A stretch of DNA of 64,000 bases from Candidatus Omnitrophota bacterium (GCA_016783555.1 JADHWH010000001.1:16913-80912); one strand, 5' to 3'. Positions 17,646 to 28,466 are shown, counted from the first letter of the stretch. Numbers and translations: made by a program. Notes: generated by a model not told the origin, from the letters alone.

Positions 17646-19167
17646 CTTTTCTCCTTGCCTTAACAAAATAGAATGATGAAAAGAATTTATAGAGGTCGTA
17701 TTGAGCAAATTTTATTTCAACATCGAAATATTTCCCCCATAACTCCTCTAATATATTTTTTTCCGGCACATATATCATTATCCCACGCATCGTGGGATCC
17801 GGATGTAGCGGCGTAATCTCATAGTAAGAGCTGCCTAAAGGTCTTGCCCATTGTAAGTATCCATGCCTGGGAGATAGGTATCCGATAAAGATCTCTCCTC
17901 TGCTCTTTAGGACTCTTTTGGTTTCATCTATAAAATCTCTCTGATTCGGCATGTAGCTTCCTGCCTTCTCGCTTATAATAACGTCGAACGTCTTATCCTT
18001 ATACGGAAAACGGCCCTTTTCAAATCTATCAAGATGCATGCTTTCCGCTTTAGCCAATCTTTCGGCTGCCTTTTTCGTTTCTTCTATAACAATGTTAGAA
18101 CCTGAAACGCCATAGGGGATATAATCCATGTCCAAAGCCATCATTAAATTCGTAATATTAAGCGGCATGATTTCAAGGACTTTTTGGCCATCTCCGCTTA
18201 TTTCGTTTTCCTTTCCGATATTTACATAAAAACTGTTTGTAGGTCTTCTTCTCGTTGCCAGAAATCGTATGAGGTGTTCATTTGGATATTTATTTCCCGG
18301 CATAACTCCATCTTTATACATAAGTCTATATTTTCTGTCCCATAATTCTCTATTCTTATCTTGGGCAACTTCTTTGTTGATATTACTCTCCTTTGCCCTT
18401 AAGGGCTTTTGCAAAAAAGGAGCCGTTGTAAAATTAATTCGGGGCTTTGTAAAGGGCCTCTTTTTACCTATAAGATACTGCCAGGACATAAATATAGGCT
18501 CAAGGTCAAATTCCTCCAATCCTACTTCAATATCGAAATATCTTCCGTATATATCCTCAAACTGCACTTTCGATTTAAACAAGAAAAGTTCAAGTCCTTT
18601 AAGCCTCGGATTAGGGTGGTCCTCTTTAAACTTCACTACTGAACCAGGTTGGTCGTCTATATAATTCATATATCCATGGCGCGGTGAGAAAAAAGAGAAA
18701 AATATCCACCCCCCAAGCTTCAAAACCCTCTGGCACTCCTTTGCAAAGACTTCCTGGTCTATGTTGTAATAGACGCATTGGAGCCCCACGATTATGTCAA
18801 AAGATTCATCTTCTACAGGGAGCCTATTTCCGCTGAATACATCCACACTTAAACTGCTTTCCAGATTCTTTTTCTTTATAGCGCCTCTTGCCCTCTCTAC
18901 TGCATCCTGTGATACCTCAAGCCCCAATACTTTATATCCGCAGTCTTGCATCATGAGCATATTCGCAATTGTGCCGAAACCGAGTTCCAATATTCTTTTT
19001 CTTTTCTTGCTGCCTTTCTTGGAAATCCTGTTTATAAATCTCACTAAGTGCTCATTAGGGTACCTGACACCCGGCATATCGCTCGCCTTCTGATATCCCC
19101 TGTAATAGTCATCCCATACGGCGTTATTAAGCTCTATCTTTTTATCAATCAAGCTGCTTCTATCCAT
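17629..19167 (-). CDS. Tandem two-domain class I SAM-dependent methyltransferase
   Basis: Duplicated W....MPG..YPNEHL.RF and SPRHGY segments; LELGFG motif I in domain 1. Confidence 0.75.
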   Translation of the reverse strand: MDRSSLIDKKIELNNAVWDDYYRGYQKASDMPGVRYPNEHLVRFINRISKKGSKKRKRILELGFGTIANMLMMQDCGYKVLGLEVSQDAVERARGAIKKKNLESSLSVDVFSGNRLPVEDESFDIIVGLQCVYYNIDQEVFAKECQRVLKLGGWIFFSFFSPRHGYMNYIDDQPGSVVKFKEDHPNPRLKGLELFLFKSKVQFEDIYGRYFDIEVGLEEFDLEPIFMSWQYLIGKKRPFTKPRINFTTAPFLQKPLRAKESNINKEVAQDKNRELWDRKYRLMYKDGVMPGNKYPNEHLIRFLATRRRPTNSFYVNIGKENEISGDGQKVLEIMPLNITNLMMALDMDYIPYGVSGSNIVIEETKKAAERLAKAESMHLDRFEKGRFPYKDKTFDVIISEKAGSYMPNQRDFIDETKRVLKSRGEIFIGYLSPRHGYLQWARPLGSSYYEITPLHPDPTMRGIMIYVPEKNILEELWGKYFDVEIKFAQYDLYKFFSSFYFVKARRKDADAK

Positions 19168-21001
19168 TTACACTTGCCTTCAAAACATTCATGCCTTCTT
19201 TGAGCACCGCCTTATTCCATATTTCTAACGAAAGGAGCATCCAGATAAGCGTTGAATATTTCTTTTTGCCGCTATAGTGCAAATTAATGATCTCCTTAAC
19301 AACGGAATAATTCAATTCTGACTTAGAGATGGAAGACGTAGAACTTGTGAGGTCATTAATAAGCTCTTGGGCTTCGCTTGTGTTAATCCAATAAGCTATA
19401 TCGGAAGGAGAACCCAGTTTTTTTCTCTCTATAATTTGGTCATGGACTTTGTCCTTTGACAATCTTTTTATAATATACTTTGGGATATTATCCTTATATT
19501 TTATGCCGCTATCTATTCTGTTTGCAAACTCAATTATATTGTGATCTAAAAAAGGCACCCTTACTTCCACTCCGCAAGCCATGGACATGCGATCCATTCG
19601 CATCAAGACTGATTGTAGTCTGAATCTTATGCTGTGGAACATCATGCGCATTTTTAGCTCCAGGTCATTGTGAAATTCAAGCCACTTATAAGATTCAATC
19701 TCTTTTACCCGCCTTTTGTCTATTCCGGTCAGGCGTTGGGCAATAGATAAATTATTTATTCCGCCTCCAAAATAGATCATATCATTTTCAGAAAAACCGT
19801 CGAAACTTCCCATCTCCAAATCGCACAGCGTTCTCTCAAAGCGTTCATATCCGAAGAATAGCTCGTCACTCCCGTCGCCTATCAAAAGCACCTTCATGCC
19901 CTCCTCTCCGGCATGGCGGCACATATCGTAAATAAATCCCGAAGAGTGGAATTGGAGCGGTTCGTCGTAAATATACGTAAGGTAAGAAAAGTATTCCAAG
20001 AATCTCGTGCTGTCTAAAAGCGCCGATTCAAAATCTATCTTTCTGCCGAACTTTTTATTCAGAAACTCAACTTGCATTTCTGCATATGGTGATTCGTCGA
20101 TTTCGCTCGTTACGTTCTTGGCATTAAAAAACTTAACTTTTTTAGCATTTGCATGGGTACTCTTTGCAACATAATACGAAACAAGCGAAGAGTCGATACC
20201 GCCGCTTAAGAGAATGCCTATCGGCACATCGCTTATCAGTCTATAGTCGACAGACTCCTTAAACTTCTCATCTAGGCAAGATAATATCTCTTCCTCATCA
20301 TCCATAATAGATGACGTCCCAACTAGCGACACCATATCCCAATATCTCTTTATCGATATTTTGCCGGAGGTATCCACGCTAAGATAATGGGCGGGTTCCA
20401 TCTCTGAAACACCTTCAAACATCGTATTCTTACCGAATACACCATTGGTTGTGACATATTCAAAGAGACATTCCTTGCGAAGCCTCTTTGGGATAATGCC
20501 GTTTGTTGTCATTGCCTTTATTTCGGACGCAAAAATCATAAAGCCTCTTTGCAGCGAATAATACAAAGGCTTGATACCTATTCTGTCTCTTGCTAAAAAT
20601 AACTTATTAACCCTTTTGTCCCATATAGAGAATGCAAACATGCCGTTAAAAAGAGATAAAGCTTTCTCAATACCGTATTCCTCGTAGGCATGGATTATAA
20701 CCTCGGAATCACAGCGCGAACGGAATATGTGTCCTCTTACAAGCAGGTTCTCCCTCAATTCATTATGGTTGTAGACCTCACCGTTAAATATCAAAACCAC
20801 GTTACCATCCTCATTGAATATGGGCTGCGATCCCTTCTCTACATCTATAATGCTTAATCTTGTATGGCCCAAAGATACCCATTCATCCTTATAGGCGCCG
20901 CTATTATCGGGCCCTCTATGGCTAAGCAGCTTTGTAGCCGTTTCTATATCGAAAATATTGTTATTTTTATTAAAAGATAAAAAACCTACTATTCCACACA
21001 T
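19160..21001 (-). CDS. asnB: Asparagine synthase (glutamine-hydrolysing)-family amidotransferase, WbpS-like
   Basis: MCGIVG, HRGPD, RLSIID, NGEVYN, LSGGIDSS, EVRVPFLD. Confidence 0.9.
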   Translation of the reverse strand: MCGIVGFLSFNKNNNIFDIETATKLLSHRGPDNSGAYKDEWVSLGHTRLSIIDVEKGSQPIFNEDGNVVLIFNGEVYNHNELRENLLVRGHIFRSRCDSEVIIHAYEEYGIEKALSLFNGMFAFSIWDKRVNKLFLARDRIGIKPLYYSLQRGFMIFASEIKAMTTNGIIPKRLRKECLFEYVTTNGVFGKNTMFEGVSEMEPAHYLSVDTSGKISIKRYWDMVSLVGTSSIMDDEEEILSCLDEKFKESVDYRLISDVPIGILLSGGIDSSLVSYYVAKSTHANAKKVKFFNAKNVTSEIDESPYAEMQVEFLNKKFGRKIDFESALLDSTRFLEYFSYLTYIYDEPLQFHSSGFIYDMCRHAGEEGMKVLLIGDGSDELFFGYERFERTLCDLEMGSFDGFSENDMIYFGGGINNLSIAQRLTGIDKRRVKEIESYKWLEFHNDLELKMRMMFHSIRFRLQSVLMRMDRMSMACGVEVRVPFLDHNIIEFANRIDSGIKYKDNIPKYIIKRLSKDKVHDQIIERKKLGSPSDIAYWINTSEAQELINDLTSSTSSISKSELNYSVVKEIINLHYSGKKKYSTLIWMLLSLEIWNKAVLKEGMNVLKASVNG

Positions 21002-21004
21002 AGT

Positions 21005-21562
21005 CTATTTTTCCTTCTTAAGTCTTTCATAACGGTCTCGCGTTATAGATACTTGAACGATGTCTTTGTATTTACCGTCTACAAAACGGGCCTGCGAAAA
21101 GATACCCTCTCTCTTCATTCCAACCTTTCCGCAACTCTTAATAGCACCCATATTGTCTGCTACTATCGCATTATATATGCGGTTTAAATTCAATGTATTG
21201 AATGCATAGTCTATAACGAGTTTTAGAGCCTCGGTTCCATAGCCTTTACCGCGATATTTCTTATCGCCTATCATGCGCCCGCAATGTGCTGTTCGGTTTA
21301 CCCAATCTATCCCCCCGATTTTTATATTTCCGATATACTTATCGTTTTTCTTGACTATAATAGCGAAGATTACATCATTATTTGAATTTGTAACCTTCTC
21401 ATAATAACCCCAAAGTTTATCCCGTGATGTGGGAAAAATCCCACTCATAAGGAACCTATTGGTCTCGGGGTCGTTAATCCAACCCAAGTACCCCTTTTCA
21501 AGGTCGTCTGGATTAAGCGATCTTAAGTATACCCTTTTACCGATAATAAACGGACATTCCAT
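21005..21562 (-). CDS. GNAT N-acetyltransferase
   Basis: IGDKKYRGKGYGTEA motif; start likely ATG 21562 behind AGAGGAGG. Confidence 0.8.
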   Translation of the reverse strand: MECPFIIGKRVYLRSLNPDDLEKGYLGWINDPETNRFLMSGIFPTSRDKLWGYYEKVTNSNNDVIFAIIVKKNDKYIGNIKIGGIDWVNRTAHCGRMIGDKKYRGKGYGTEALKLVIDYAFNTLNLNRIYNAIVADNMGAIKSCGKVGMKREGIFSQARFVDGKYKDIVQVSITRDRYERLKKEK

Positions 21563-21617
21563 ATATCCTCCTCTTCTAGCGTTAAGGGAAGAACCTTTAA
21601 AAAAAACCGTGTACATT

Positions 21618-22709
21618 TTACCGTTTATTCTTAACTAATCCAATCGCTGTTTTTAATACCGCATTTAATTTTCCGTAATCAGGCGGTAATTCAACCCCTC
21701 CGTAATATTGGGGGGCTGCTATTTTATGTAGAGCAAATGTTGTCAGTAATATCGTTGAGTGATTTTTATTATATTTTGCCATTGTCTGCAATCGGCGGAA
21801 TAATCTAATGCTCTGCCTTGGTCTGACATCATCTTTATACAAAGAAAGGCTTAGCTGGTCTATGTGTGAAGACGGTATTAAAAGATTTTTCGTGTCTACC
21901 TTGTCGATATCCAATTTTTTTATACGCTTAAAAACAAGTGTGGTTGAATGATGGAGATGGTTATGGTCGATTTGCACAAGAGGATTCATATTAATTCCCT
22001 TAACCAATCTGAAGCCCAACAATTCCATAAAATTTATATAGTCGAAAGGGGTATATAGATGAATGTACGGAACAAAAAAATCATCCATTATCCTGCTTGT
22101 TACTACATTATTAATATCTCCGCTTGAATAAATAAGCGCAGAGGAAAGAAAATATCGATTTATCTGTCTTGCGCTCAACAAAGAACGAATCATTGAACAA
22201 ACAAGCCACTTAAAAGTGCCTGAACGATAAAAATAGACCCATATCTTTCTGTTTTTGCGCACTGCCTTTGCGCAATTACGCAACCCTTGGGCAGTATTTG
22301 AGAAATGATGAACAATACCGTTCAGATAAACAAAATCAAAATTCTCTTCCGGAGGGGGCGTAATGCACAAATCCGCACATATATTCGTAATTGATCTATC
22401 CTTATAACGCTGCCTCAATAATTTTTTGAAACGTCTTATATTCTGTCTAGAAATGTCGAAATGTGTTACTGATTTCGCGCCTAATAATAACATGCCAATA
22501 GCCTGTCTTCCGATGCCAACATCCATCATATCATATTCATGCGCTCTATCATAGATACCTGCTTTTTTAAAATCATCACGGATAACATTTACAATATGAT
22601 CCTCTATTCCTTTTTTATTCGTAAGGTCTTGGTATATATTGCCGAAACTGTATTTGCCGTAAAAGACGCCCGTTTTATTAACATTTGAACTATATCCCTT
22701 TAAAAGCAT
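21618..22709 (-). CDS. Class I SAM-dependent methyltransferase
   Basis: MDVGIG, FDFVYLNGIVHH. Confidence 0.7.
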   Translation of the reverse strand: MLLKGYSSNVNKTGVFYGKYSFGNIYQDLTNKKGIEDHIVNVIRDDFKKAGIYDRAHEYDMMDVGIGRQAIGMLLLGAKSVTHFDISRQNIRRFKKLLRQRYKDRSITNICADLCITPPPEENFDFVYLNGIVHHFSNTAQGLRNCAKAVRKNRKIWVYFYRSGTFKWLVCSMIRSLLSARQINRYFLSSALIYSSGDINNVVTSRIMDDFFVPYIHLYTPFDYINFMELLGFRLVKGINMNPLVQIDHNHLHHSTTLVFKRIKKLDIDKVDTKNLLIPSSHIDQLSLSLYKDDVRPRQSIRLFRRLQTMAKYNKNHSTILLTTFALHKIAAPQYYGGVELPPDYGKLNAVLKTAIGLVKNKR

Positions 22710-22722
22710 TTACCCCCCCAGC

Positions 22723-24288
22723 TTAATAAGGTTGTGGAAAAAGCTGTCTTTCTATAAATTCCGTATTTATTTCTGTGTGGTCTTTCTCTAAGGCATCTAT
22801 TAACTCATCTTCATTGAAGATTATCCTATTCCTGTCGTCAGACCAGCAATTTATGGGTATACATCTTTTATTTAATAGCCCCAGCATCTCTGGGATAAAT
22901 TTCTCTTTTTCGTACAAAAAATATATTATCTTTTTATTACTTGCCAGGGCAAACCCAAATGTAGTTGTAAGCACATGAGGAAAAATAATCGTATCCGCTT
23001 TTTGGTACTCTTTTTCAAATGTGCCTTTTACGCATTCGTCTGCAAACCCCTCAAATATCTTTCCGCCGTCAATTTCTTCCAATCTATCTACCCGCAGTTT
23101 TATCATTACGTAATATCCATACTTTTTTAATGCCTTCATAATCCGCAGGTTTAAATCTAATTGGATGCTATAATAAAGAGGGGTGGAATATAATGTAAAG
23201 ATATCATTAAAACTTGATTGAAGCACCATAACTTTTTTGCTTTTTTTAGGCATGGATTTTTTCTTTTCCCTGTGGTACATCCTTGGAAAATAATTGTCTT
23301 CTACAGATTCTGTTATTGGCTTCTGGGGCAAGGGGAAATCAGAATTTATTCTTACTAAATTATCAAAAAAACTCTTTATGGCGCCTGTCTGCACTACATA
23401 GTTAGTTACAAGAAGCAATTCGGACAATAAGAATATCTTATCATAAATCAAACCAAGGGTATTCCCATGGTTAAAACCGGTTATCCTTTTTCTCTCGGTA
23501 AGCAGTATTTTGAAGATAGTCCTGTTTACAATATTCCCCAGCGAGGTTGCTAATATATGATCGTAATCTAATAGCTTCAAACGTTCTTTGGTGCCTAAAT
23601 ATAGCCTTGTAGTCAAGGACAAATCCTCTAAAAGCATCGTATTGATTTCGTCAATGCCCTTATCATACAAACCGTAATAATTAAGTATGCGGCGTCTCGT
23701 GTCATTAAACCTCGAAACAACATATCGAAGTTCAGTTAAAAGTGTCGTAGGTATAGAGTCTTTCAAACTTATTAATTTATTGTAAGGTTTAAATTGCAGA
23801 TATAGTCTCTTTTTTTTTGCATAGATGCTTTTTAGTCTATCTGTCGGGGGTCCCACATTTAAACATTTTCTAAAACCAAACAATCCGTATGCCTTGCTTA
23901 TAAAATGAAATGACGTGCGCTTAAAATACGTATAAAAATCGTCGTTTAACAAATTATAAATTTTTTCTCTACTAAATTTTGAATAAGGTTTGCCTCCTGA
24001 ATATATGACCTTATATCCTTTTGAGGCTAAATATTTGGTTAGCATATAGCTGTGCAGAAAATGTGCATATTTCCTCATAAGATCAACTCTGATGCATACA
24101 ATGTCCTTTGTAATATCCGAAAGGCCGGAGCTTAAAATTTCCTTATACATATTATAAAATTGAATAGAAAAAATTTCATAACTTTTTATAGAAAACGGCA
24201 TAAAAAATTCTTTTTCCCACATATTTATCCCATAGTTTTTTATCGCGTCCATACCTATGCAATATATCTTATTTTCAGTCTTGATCAT
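22723..24288 (-). CDS. Hypothetical protein, possible GT-B glycosyltransferase; paralog of 24285..25943
   Basis: Long ORF in operon; shares W.EFF.P.S, HG, IFP...T.TF, KRC...W.D...R..F and NTEF.E..LFP with its neighbour. Confidence 0.6.
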   Translation of the reverse strand: MIKTENKIYCIGMDAIKNYGINMWEKEFFMPFSIKSYEIFSIQFYNMYKEILSSGLSDITKDIVCIRVDLMRKYAHFLHSYMLTKYLASKGYKVIYSGGKPYSKFSREKIYNLLNDDFYTYFKRTSFHFISKAYGLFGFRKCLNVGPPTDRLKSIYAKKKRLYLQFKPYNKLISLKDSIPTTLLTELRYVVSRFNDTRRRILNYYGLYDKGIDEINTMLLEDLSLTTRLYLGTKERLKLLDYDHILATSLGNIVNRTIFKILLTERKRITGFNHGNTLGLIYDKIFLLSELLLVTNYVVQTGAIKSFFDNLVRINSDFPLPQKPITESVEDNYFPRMYHREKKKSMPKKSKKVMVLQSSFNDIFTLYSTPLYYSIQLDLNLRIMKALKKYGYYVMIKLRVDRLEEIDGGKIFEGFADECVKGTFEKEYQKADTIIFPHVLTTTFGFALASNKKIIYFLYEKEKFIPEMLGLLNKRCIPINCWSDDRNRIIFNEDELIDALEKDHTEINTEFIERQLFPQPY

Positions 24289-25943
24289 AGCCGTCTAGGT
24301 TCCGTAAACACGCTCTTTATATTCGCCGGAAAAAGATACTTTTCCATAAATTCGGTGTTGGGGTATTTAGGCTTTCGGGTTAATTCTTCCAGTAAATGCT
24401 TTTTATCGAAAAGCACGCGGCCCCTCTTATCCCGCCATGTCTCTATTACCGAACATCTCTTTTCGAGAAGTTCAAGCGGCTCCTCGAATGGTTTAAAATC
24501 CTTGAAACTTATATCAAGAATAATAATTCTTTTGTTGGTACATACTATTTTCATAAAAGTACTGGTAGTTATTCTTGGGAATATGAACGCATCGGCGCAG
24601 TTAAAGTCTTTCTCGAGTTTTTCCTTCATGACCTCCGCCTTGCCTTCGAATATCCCTTCAATTTCAGACAGCCTCTCCGGATGCGCTTTGTAAATTACCC
24701 TATAATCGGTCTCCTTAAGCACATCGATAAAGCGCAGTTCATAATCTAATCGAGTTAATGATAAACCGCCTGCCTTTGCTACCCTCCTGTGATAATGCGG
24801 GGATCCTATGACCATTACAGATTTGATTGTGTCGGCCGGCGGCAGATTCCTGTATCTTTTCCATATCATGAAATACTCATTGCTTTCGGCAGAAACCATA
24901 TTCCACTTGCTATCGCAGTGCAAATGATTGCGCTTTATCATTTCATACAACCCAGCACTCTCGTTCGTATAAGTCACAAAATCATTCACAATGGGTGCGT
25001 CAAAAGAGGAGATTGAGTACAAAGGTTGATTTAAAAGCCCTACATCGCCTCCATGCGCAAATACTGCAATCTTGCCGCCTTGTTTCTGCACGGCTACGCC
25101 TATAACTCTATTCAAAGGTATTCCTGTACCGGACAAGAGAAAGTGTGTCTTTTTTTTTAAAGTCCTAACCACCCTCTCAACTCTGTTTAATGTTTTACCT
25201 GTATTTATAAAACGGTTTTTCGTCAAATTTGCCAAATGTGATTTAAAACCATCGGGAAACGGGACATCATATTTAGCCGCTACTTGCGACAGGTTATCAA
25301 TTAATCCATCTGCGCAATCTTTAATTAAACCTGCGAGTTCGTCAGAGATTTTGCCGTTACTATTCCCCTTTAACCAGTCTGAAAATGACGTGAAATAGCA
25401 CCATCGCCCTGTTTCTTTTATGTAGCGATCTATAAGCGGGCTGTTTGAACCGCAAATTCGAAGATTTTCCTTTTCAAAAAGCGATACAACGTATTTTAAA
25501 ATATCAAACCTATTAAATATCACGGTCTTGGCCAAGGACTTAAGACGTTCGCTTATCCTTGCCTTTATATTCATTGAAGACAAATTTGTATAGGTCGGGA
25601 AAATATTGTACATGTGATTGTCTAAAGGAGCCTTATCCGTTATCTTCTTATACCACAATGAGTTACCTGTGCAGAATAATTCTATACCGTTTTTGCCTAC
25701 GACGTCTATTACCTTTAGCGCATGAAGAACATTAGCGTATTCTATGGACAGGTACACAGCGTCAATGCTTAAAAGATTAGCAACATCCGCCGGTGTGCCG
25801 TTAATGGCTTTCGCAATGCACCTATCCACATCTTGGTACATCTCTAAATATTTCTCATCCGAGACAGGGAGAAAAAATTCCTCCTGCCACCTTGTTATAC
25901 CGTACTCTTTTACCGCAAATATATCTGTCGGGAATTTTCTCAT
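24285..25943 (-). CDS. Hypothetical protein, possible GT-B glycosyltransferase
   Basis: FAHGG and YKAHP motifs reminiscent of CMP-sugar-using GT-B enzymes. Confidence 0.6.
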   Translation of the reverse strand: MRKFPTDIFAVKEYGITRWQEEFFLPVSDEKYLEMYQDVDRCIAKAINGTPADVANLLSIDAVYLSIEYANVLHALKVIDVVGKNGIELFCTGNSLWYKKITDKAPLDNHMYNIFPTYTNLSSMNIKARISERLKSLAKTVIFNRFDILKYVVSLFEKENLRICGSNSPLIDRYIKETGRWCYFTSFSDWLKGNSNGKISDELAGLIKDCADGLIDNLSQVAAKYDVPFPDGFKSHLANLTKNRFINTGKTLNRVERVVRTLKKKTHFLLSGTGIPLNRVIGVAVQKQGGKIAVFAHGGDVGLLNQPLYSISSFDAPIVNDFVTYTNESAGLYEMIKRNHLHCDSKWNMVSAESNEYFMIWKRYRNLPPADTIKSVMVIGSPHYHRRVAKAGGLSLTRLDYELRFIDVLKETDYRVIYKAHPERLSEIEGIFEGKAEVMKEKLEKDFNCADAFIFPRITTSTFMKIVCTNKRIIILDISFKDFKPFEEPLELLEKRCSVIETWRDKRGRVLFDKKHLLEELTRKPKYPNTEFMEKYLFPANIKSVFTEPRRL

Positions 25944-25947
25944 AGAT

Positions 25948-26985
25948 TTAACGCTTTAGAAAATCCAAGGTTAACGGAGTTCCTCTGGATATACGCCTTT
26001 TGGCCTTTTTACCTAGGACATGCTTCAAAAATTTAGGCGGCAATCCCTGTCCAGGCCTTATGGACCTTACATTTTGTTCCGTAAAGACCTCCCCCTTCTT
26101 TACGTCTTTCGTTACAAACAAAGAACGCCTGAATATTCTGTTTTTACTTTCGGCTTTCGTTATACAGTAACCTACCTTCCCAATAGCTTTCTCTGCTATT
26201 CTTATGTTTTCTACAAGTGATTTCAATTCGTGAGGTTCTATAGAAAAGAAGCTGTCCGGGGTTTCGAATTTCCTCGAGAGGGTAAAATGCTTCTCGACCA
26301 TATCCGCCCCTAAAGAGGCAGCGAGTATTGATGCACCAATTCCCAGCGTATGATCAGAGAGGCCTACGGAACAGCTAAATTTTTTCTTCATGTGCGGTAT
26401 TGTTCTTAAATTCATCTCTTCCGGGCTTGCGGGATAGCTGCTTACGCATTTTAATAACGTTATATCCTTCGCCCCCGCTCTTCTTGCGGCAGTTACGGCC
26501 TCTTCTACCTCCTTGAGGGTAGCCATCCCGGTAGACATTATAAGCGGCTTACCGGTCTTTGCCGTATACTCTATTAAATCGAGATCCACCAATTCAAAAG
26601 ACGCGATCTTATGCATAGGGACATCCAGCTCTTCCAGGAAGTCGACTGCCGTCCTGTCGAACGCCGTAGAAAAAAAGACCATATCTAAATCGTCCGCTAC
26701 ACCTTTCAGCCTTTTAAACCAGCTCCATGGCGTATATGCCCTTTTGTATAATTGATAGAGCGTCTGGCCTCCCCATTTCGGGTGCTTGATCTTAAAGCAT
26801 CTTCTATTGTTGTCTATGGTAATAGTATCGGCCGTGTATGTCTGAAACTTAACCGCATCGGCGCCTGAGGCCTTAGCCTTCTTTATAAGAGTTACTGCTC
26901 TCTTCAAGCTGCGACCGTGATTAGCGGATATCTCCGCTACTATAAAGACCTCTCTCTTCCGGTCTTTTGAGTTTGAATCAAACAT
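25948..26985 (-). CDS. pseI: Pseudaminic acid synthase
   Basis: VAEISANHG, QTYTADTIT, AYTPW, KIASFE, LLKCVSSYP, RRSLF SAF tail. Confidence 0.92.
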   Translation of the reverse strand: MFDSNSKDRKREVFIVAEISANHGRSLKRAVTLIKKAKASGADAVKFQTYTADTITIDNNRRCFKIKHPKWGGQTLYQLYKRAYTPWSWFKRLKGVADDLDMVFFSTAFDRTAVDFLEELDVPMHKIASFELVDLDLIEYTAKTGKPLIMSTGMATLKEVEEAVTAARRAGAKDITLLKCVSSYPASPEEMNLRTIPHMKKKFSCSVGLSDHTLGIGASILAASLGADMVEKHFTLSRKFETPDSFFSIEPHELKSLVENIRIAEKAIGKVGYCITKAESKNRIFRRSLFVTKDVKKGEVFTEQNVRSIRPGQGLPPKFLKHVLGKKAKRRISRGTPLTLDFLKR

Positions 26986-27442
26986 AATCCGCTTCCTTTT
27001 TATAGACTATCTTTTCACGGGTCTCCCCCGCATGTCTATAGCCCGCCTTCAAAAACGCCTTCTGCGACGCGATGTTATCTTTCTTCACCTCAGCTATTAC
27101 AGACAGCCTCTTTTTTGTCTCGGTAAATATCTTCTCTGTGCCGAGCCTTATGAGCTCCCTGCCCAGTTTTTTGCCGAAGAAGTCCGGATTCAGGCTGACG
27201 CTCACCCTGATGAGGAATTCTTCAACATCGAATCTTATAACGCCTACCTTCTCTTTTCTGTCGCGGGCTATGTATATCCTTGCGCTGCGGTCTCTAAATC
27301 TAGAATAAAACCACTTCTTATGATCTTTCCAGGAGATTGGGGCATCATCGAATGAATTTTTCCGAACCTCAGGATGGTTCCTCCATGTCCAGAGGTCTCT
27401 ACAATCACCTTCAGCCGCTTTTTTAAATATAAGTTTGGCCAT
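26978..27442 (-). CDS. pseH: PseH-like GNAT N-acetyltransferase
   Basis: WRNHPEVRKNSF...HKKWF, VGVIRFD; between pseG and pseI. Confidence 0.7.
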   Translation of the reverse strand: MAKLIFKKAAEGDCRDLWTWRNHPEVRKNSFDDAPISWKDHKKWFYSRFRDRSARIYIARDRKEKVGVIRFDVEEFLIRVSVSLNPDFFGKKLGRELIRLGTEKIFTETKKRLSVIAEVKKDNIASQKAFLKAGYRHAGETREKIVYKKEADYV

Positions 27443-27446
27443 ATTA

Positions 27447-28463
27447 TTAGTTCCGTAATCTTAAGCCGCCCGGATGTCCCGTATTCAAAAGTGCCTCCAC
27501 TACCCTCAGGCTTCCCTTCCCATCAACAAATTTTCTTCCTACCGAGCTCATCTTCAGCCTGACATCTTTTTTCTGTAACCGCTCTATCGCCTTAAGCAGA
27601 TTCTCCTCGAGGCCCTTCTCTTCCCACCATCCGGCATACTCTATAAATCCTGCCTCCAACCATCCCCTGACATTATCTAATTGATTCTCTGCTACCGCTA
27701 TAGCTATGGCGGGTAGACCTATCCGCGCGGCCTCGTATAGAGTCTGCCCGCCGGCCGATATCGCTATATCCGATTCGAGCAATACCTTCTTCATCTGATT
27801 CGCTTCGGGATGATAGATCAATCGGGTATTCTCATCCTTGGCCTCATTAATCTCATCCAGGCTCTTAAAACCTTTCCCCACTATGACCCTCTTAGTCAAC
27901 TCCGGGTAATTCTTCGTTAAGAGGCTCAAGACCTTAGGGGTGATATTACGTGAATCATCGCCGCCGAAAGTTATAACGGCGCTTTTGACAATCTCCCTTA
28001 TTTCCTTATCCGGCGCCTCCCAAAAATCCCTCCTCAAGGGTGTATATCTTGAGCCGAGCAGGTGTGTGATGCCCTCTTCCTTAAAAAAATTTTTTTTATC
28101 GGCATTTACGGTCCCGTTTAAGACTACTCCCTTTGGATAATCTATGCGCTTGTTATCGTCAATATACACAGCCATCTTTGCCCGTTCCTGAATCCTCTTA
28201 TACAATGCTAATCCCGCAAGATATGAGTCTACGACGGCTATATCTGTCTCCTCTAATAAATCATCCAGTCTTTCACTATCTTTAAGCCAATCGAAGATTT
28301 CGACGTCTCTACCTTTCAATAAATCCTTAACGGCCTCATCCCCGTTTATTATAAACCTCGCGGATATCTTATTCGCCTCAAACGCCTGACAGAGAGAGAG
28401 GCACCTTGTGATGTGCCCGAATCCGATATCCCTGCCGCCCTCGGTTAAGATACATACCTTCAT
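27447..28463 (-). CDS. pseG: UDP-2,4-diacetamido-2,4,6-trideoxy-altropyranose hydrolase
   Basis: IGFGHITRC, VVDSY, ITFGGDD, AISAGGQTLYE, VAENQ. Confidence 0.88.
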   Translation of the reverse strand: MKVCILTEGGRDIGFGHITRCLSLCQAFEANKISARFIINGDEAVKDLLKGRDVEIFDWLKDSERLDDLLEETDIAVVDSYLAGLALYKRIQERAKMAVYIDDNKRIDYPKGVVLNGTVNADKKNFFKEEGITHLLGSRYTPLRRDFWEAPDKEIREIVKSAVITFGGDDSRNITPKVLSLLTKNYPELTKRVIVGKGFKSLDEINEAKDENTRLIYHPEANQMKKVLLESDIAISAGGQTLYEAARIGLPAIAIAVAENQLDNVRGWLEAGFIEYAGWWEEKGLEENLLKAIERLQKKDVRLKMSSVGRKFVDGKGSLRVVEALLNTGHPGGLRLRN

Positions 28464-28466
28464 CGC

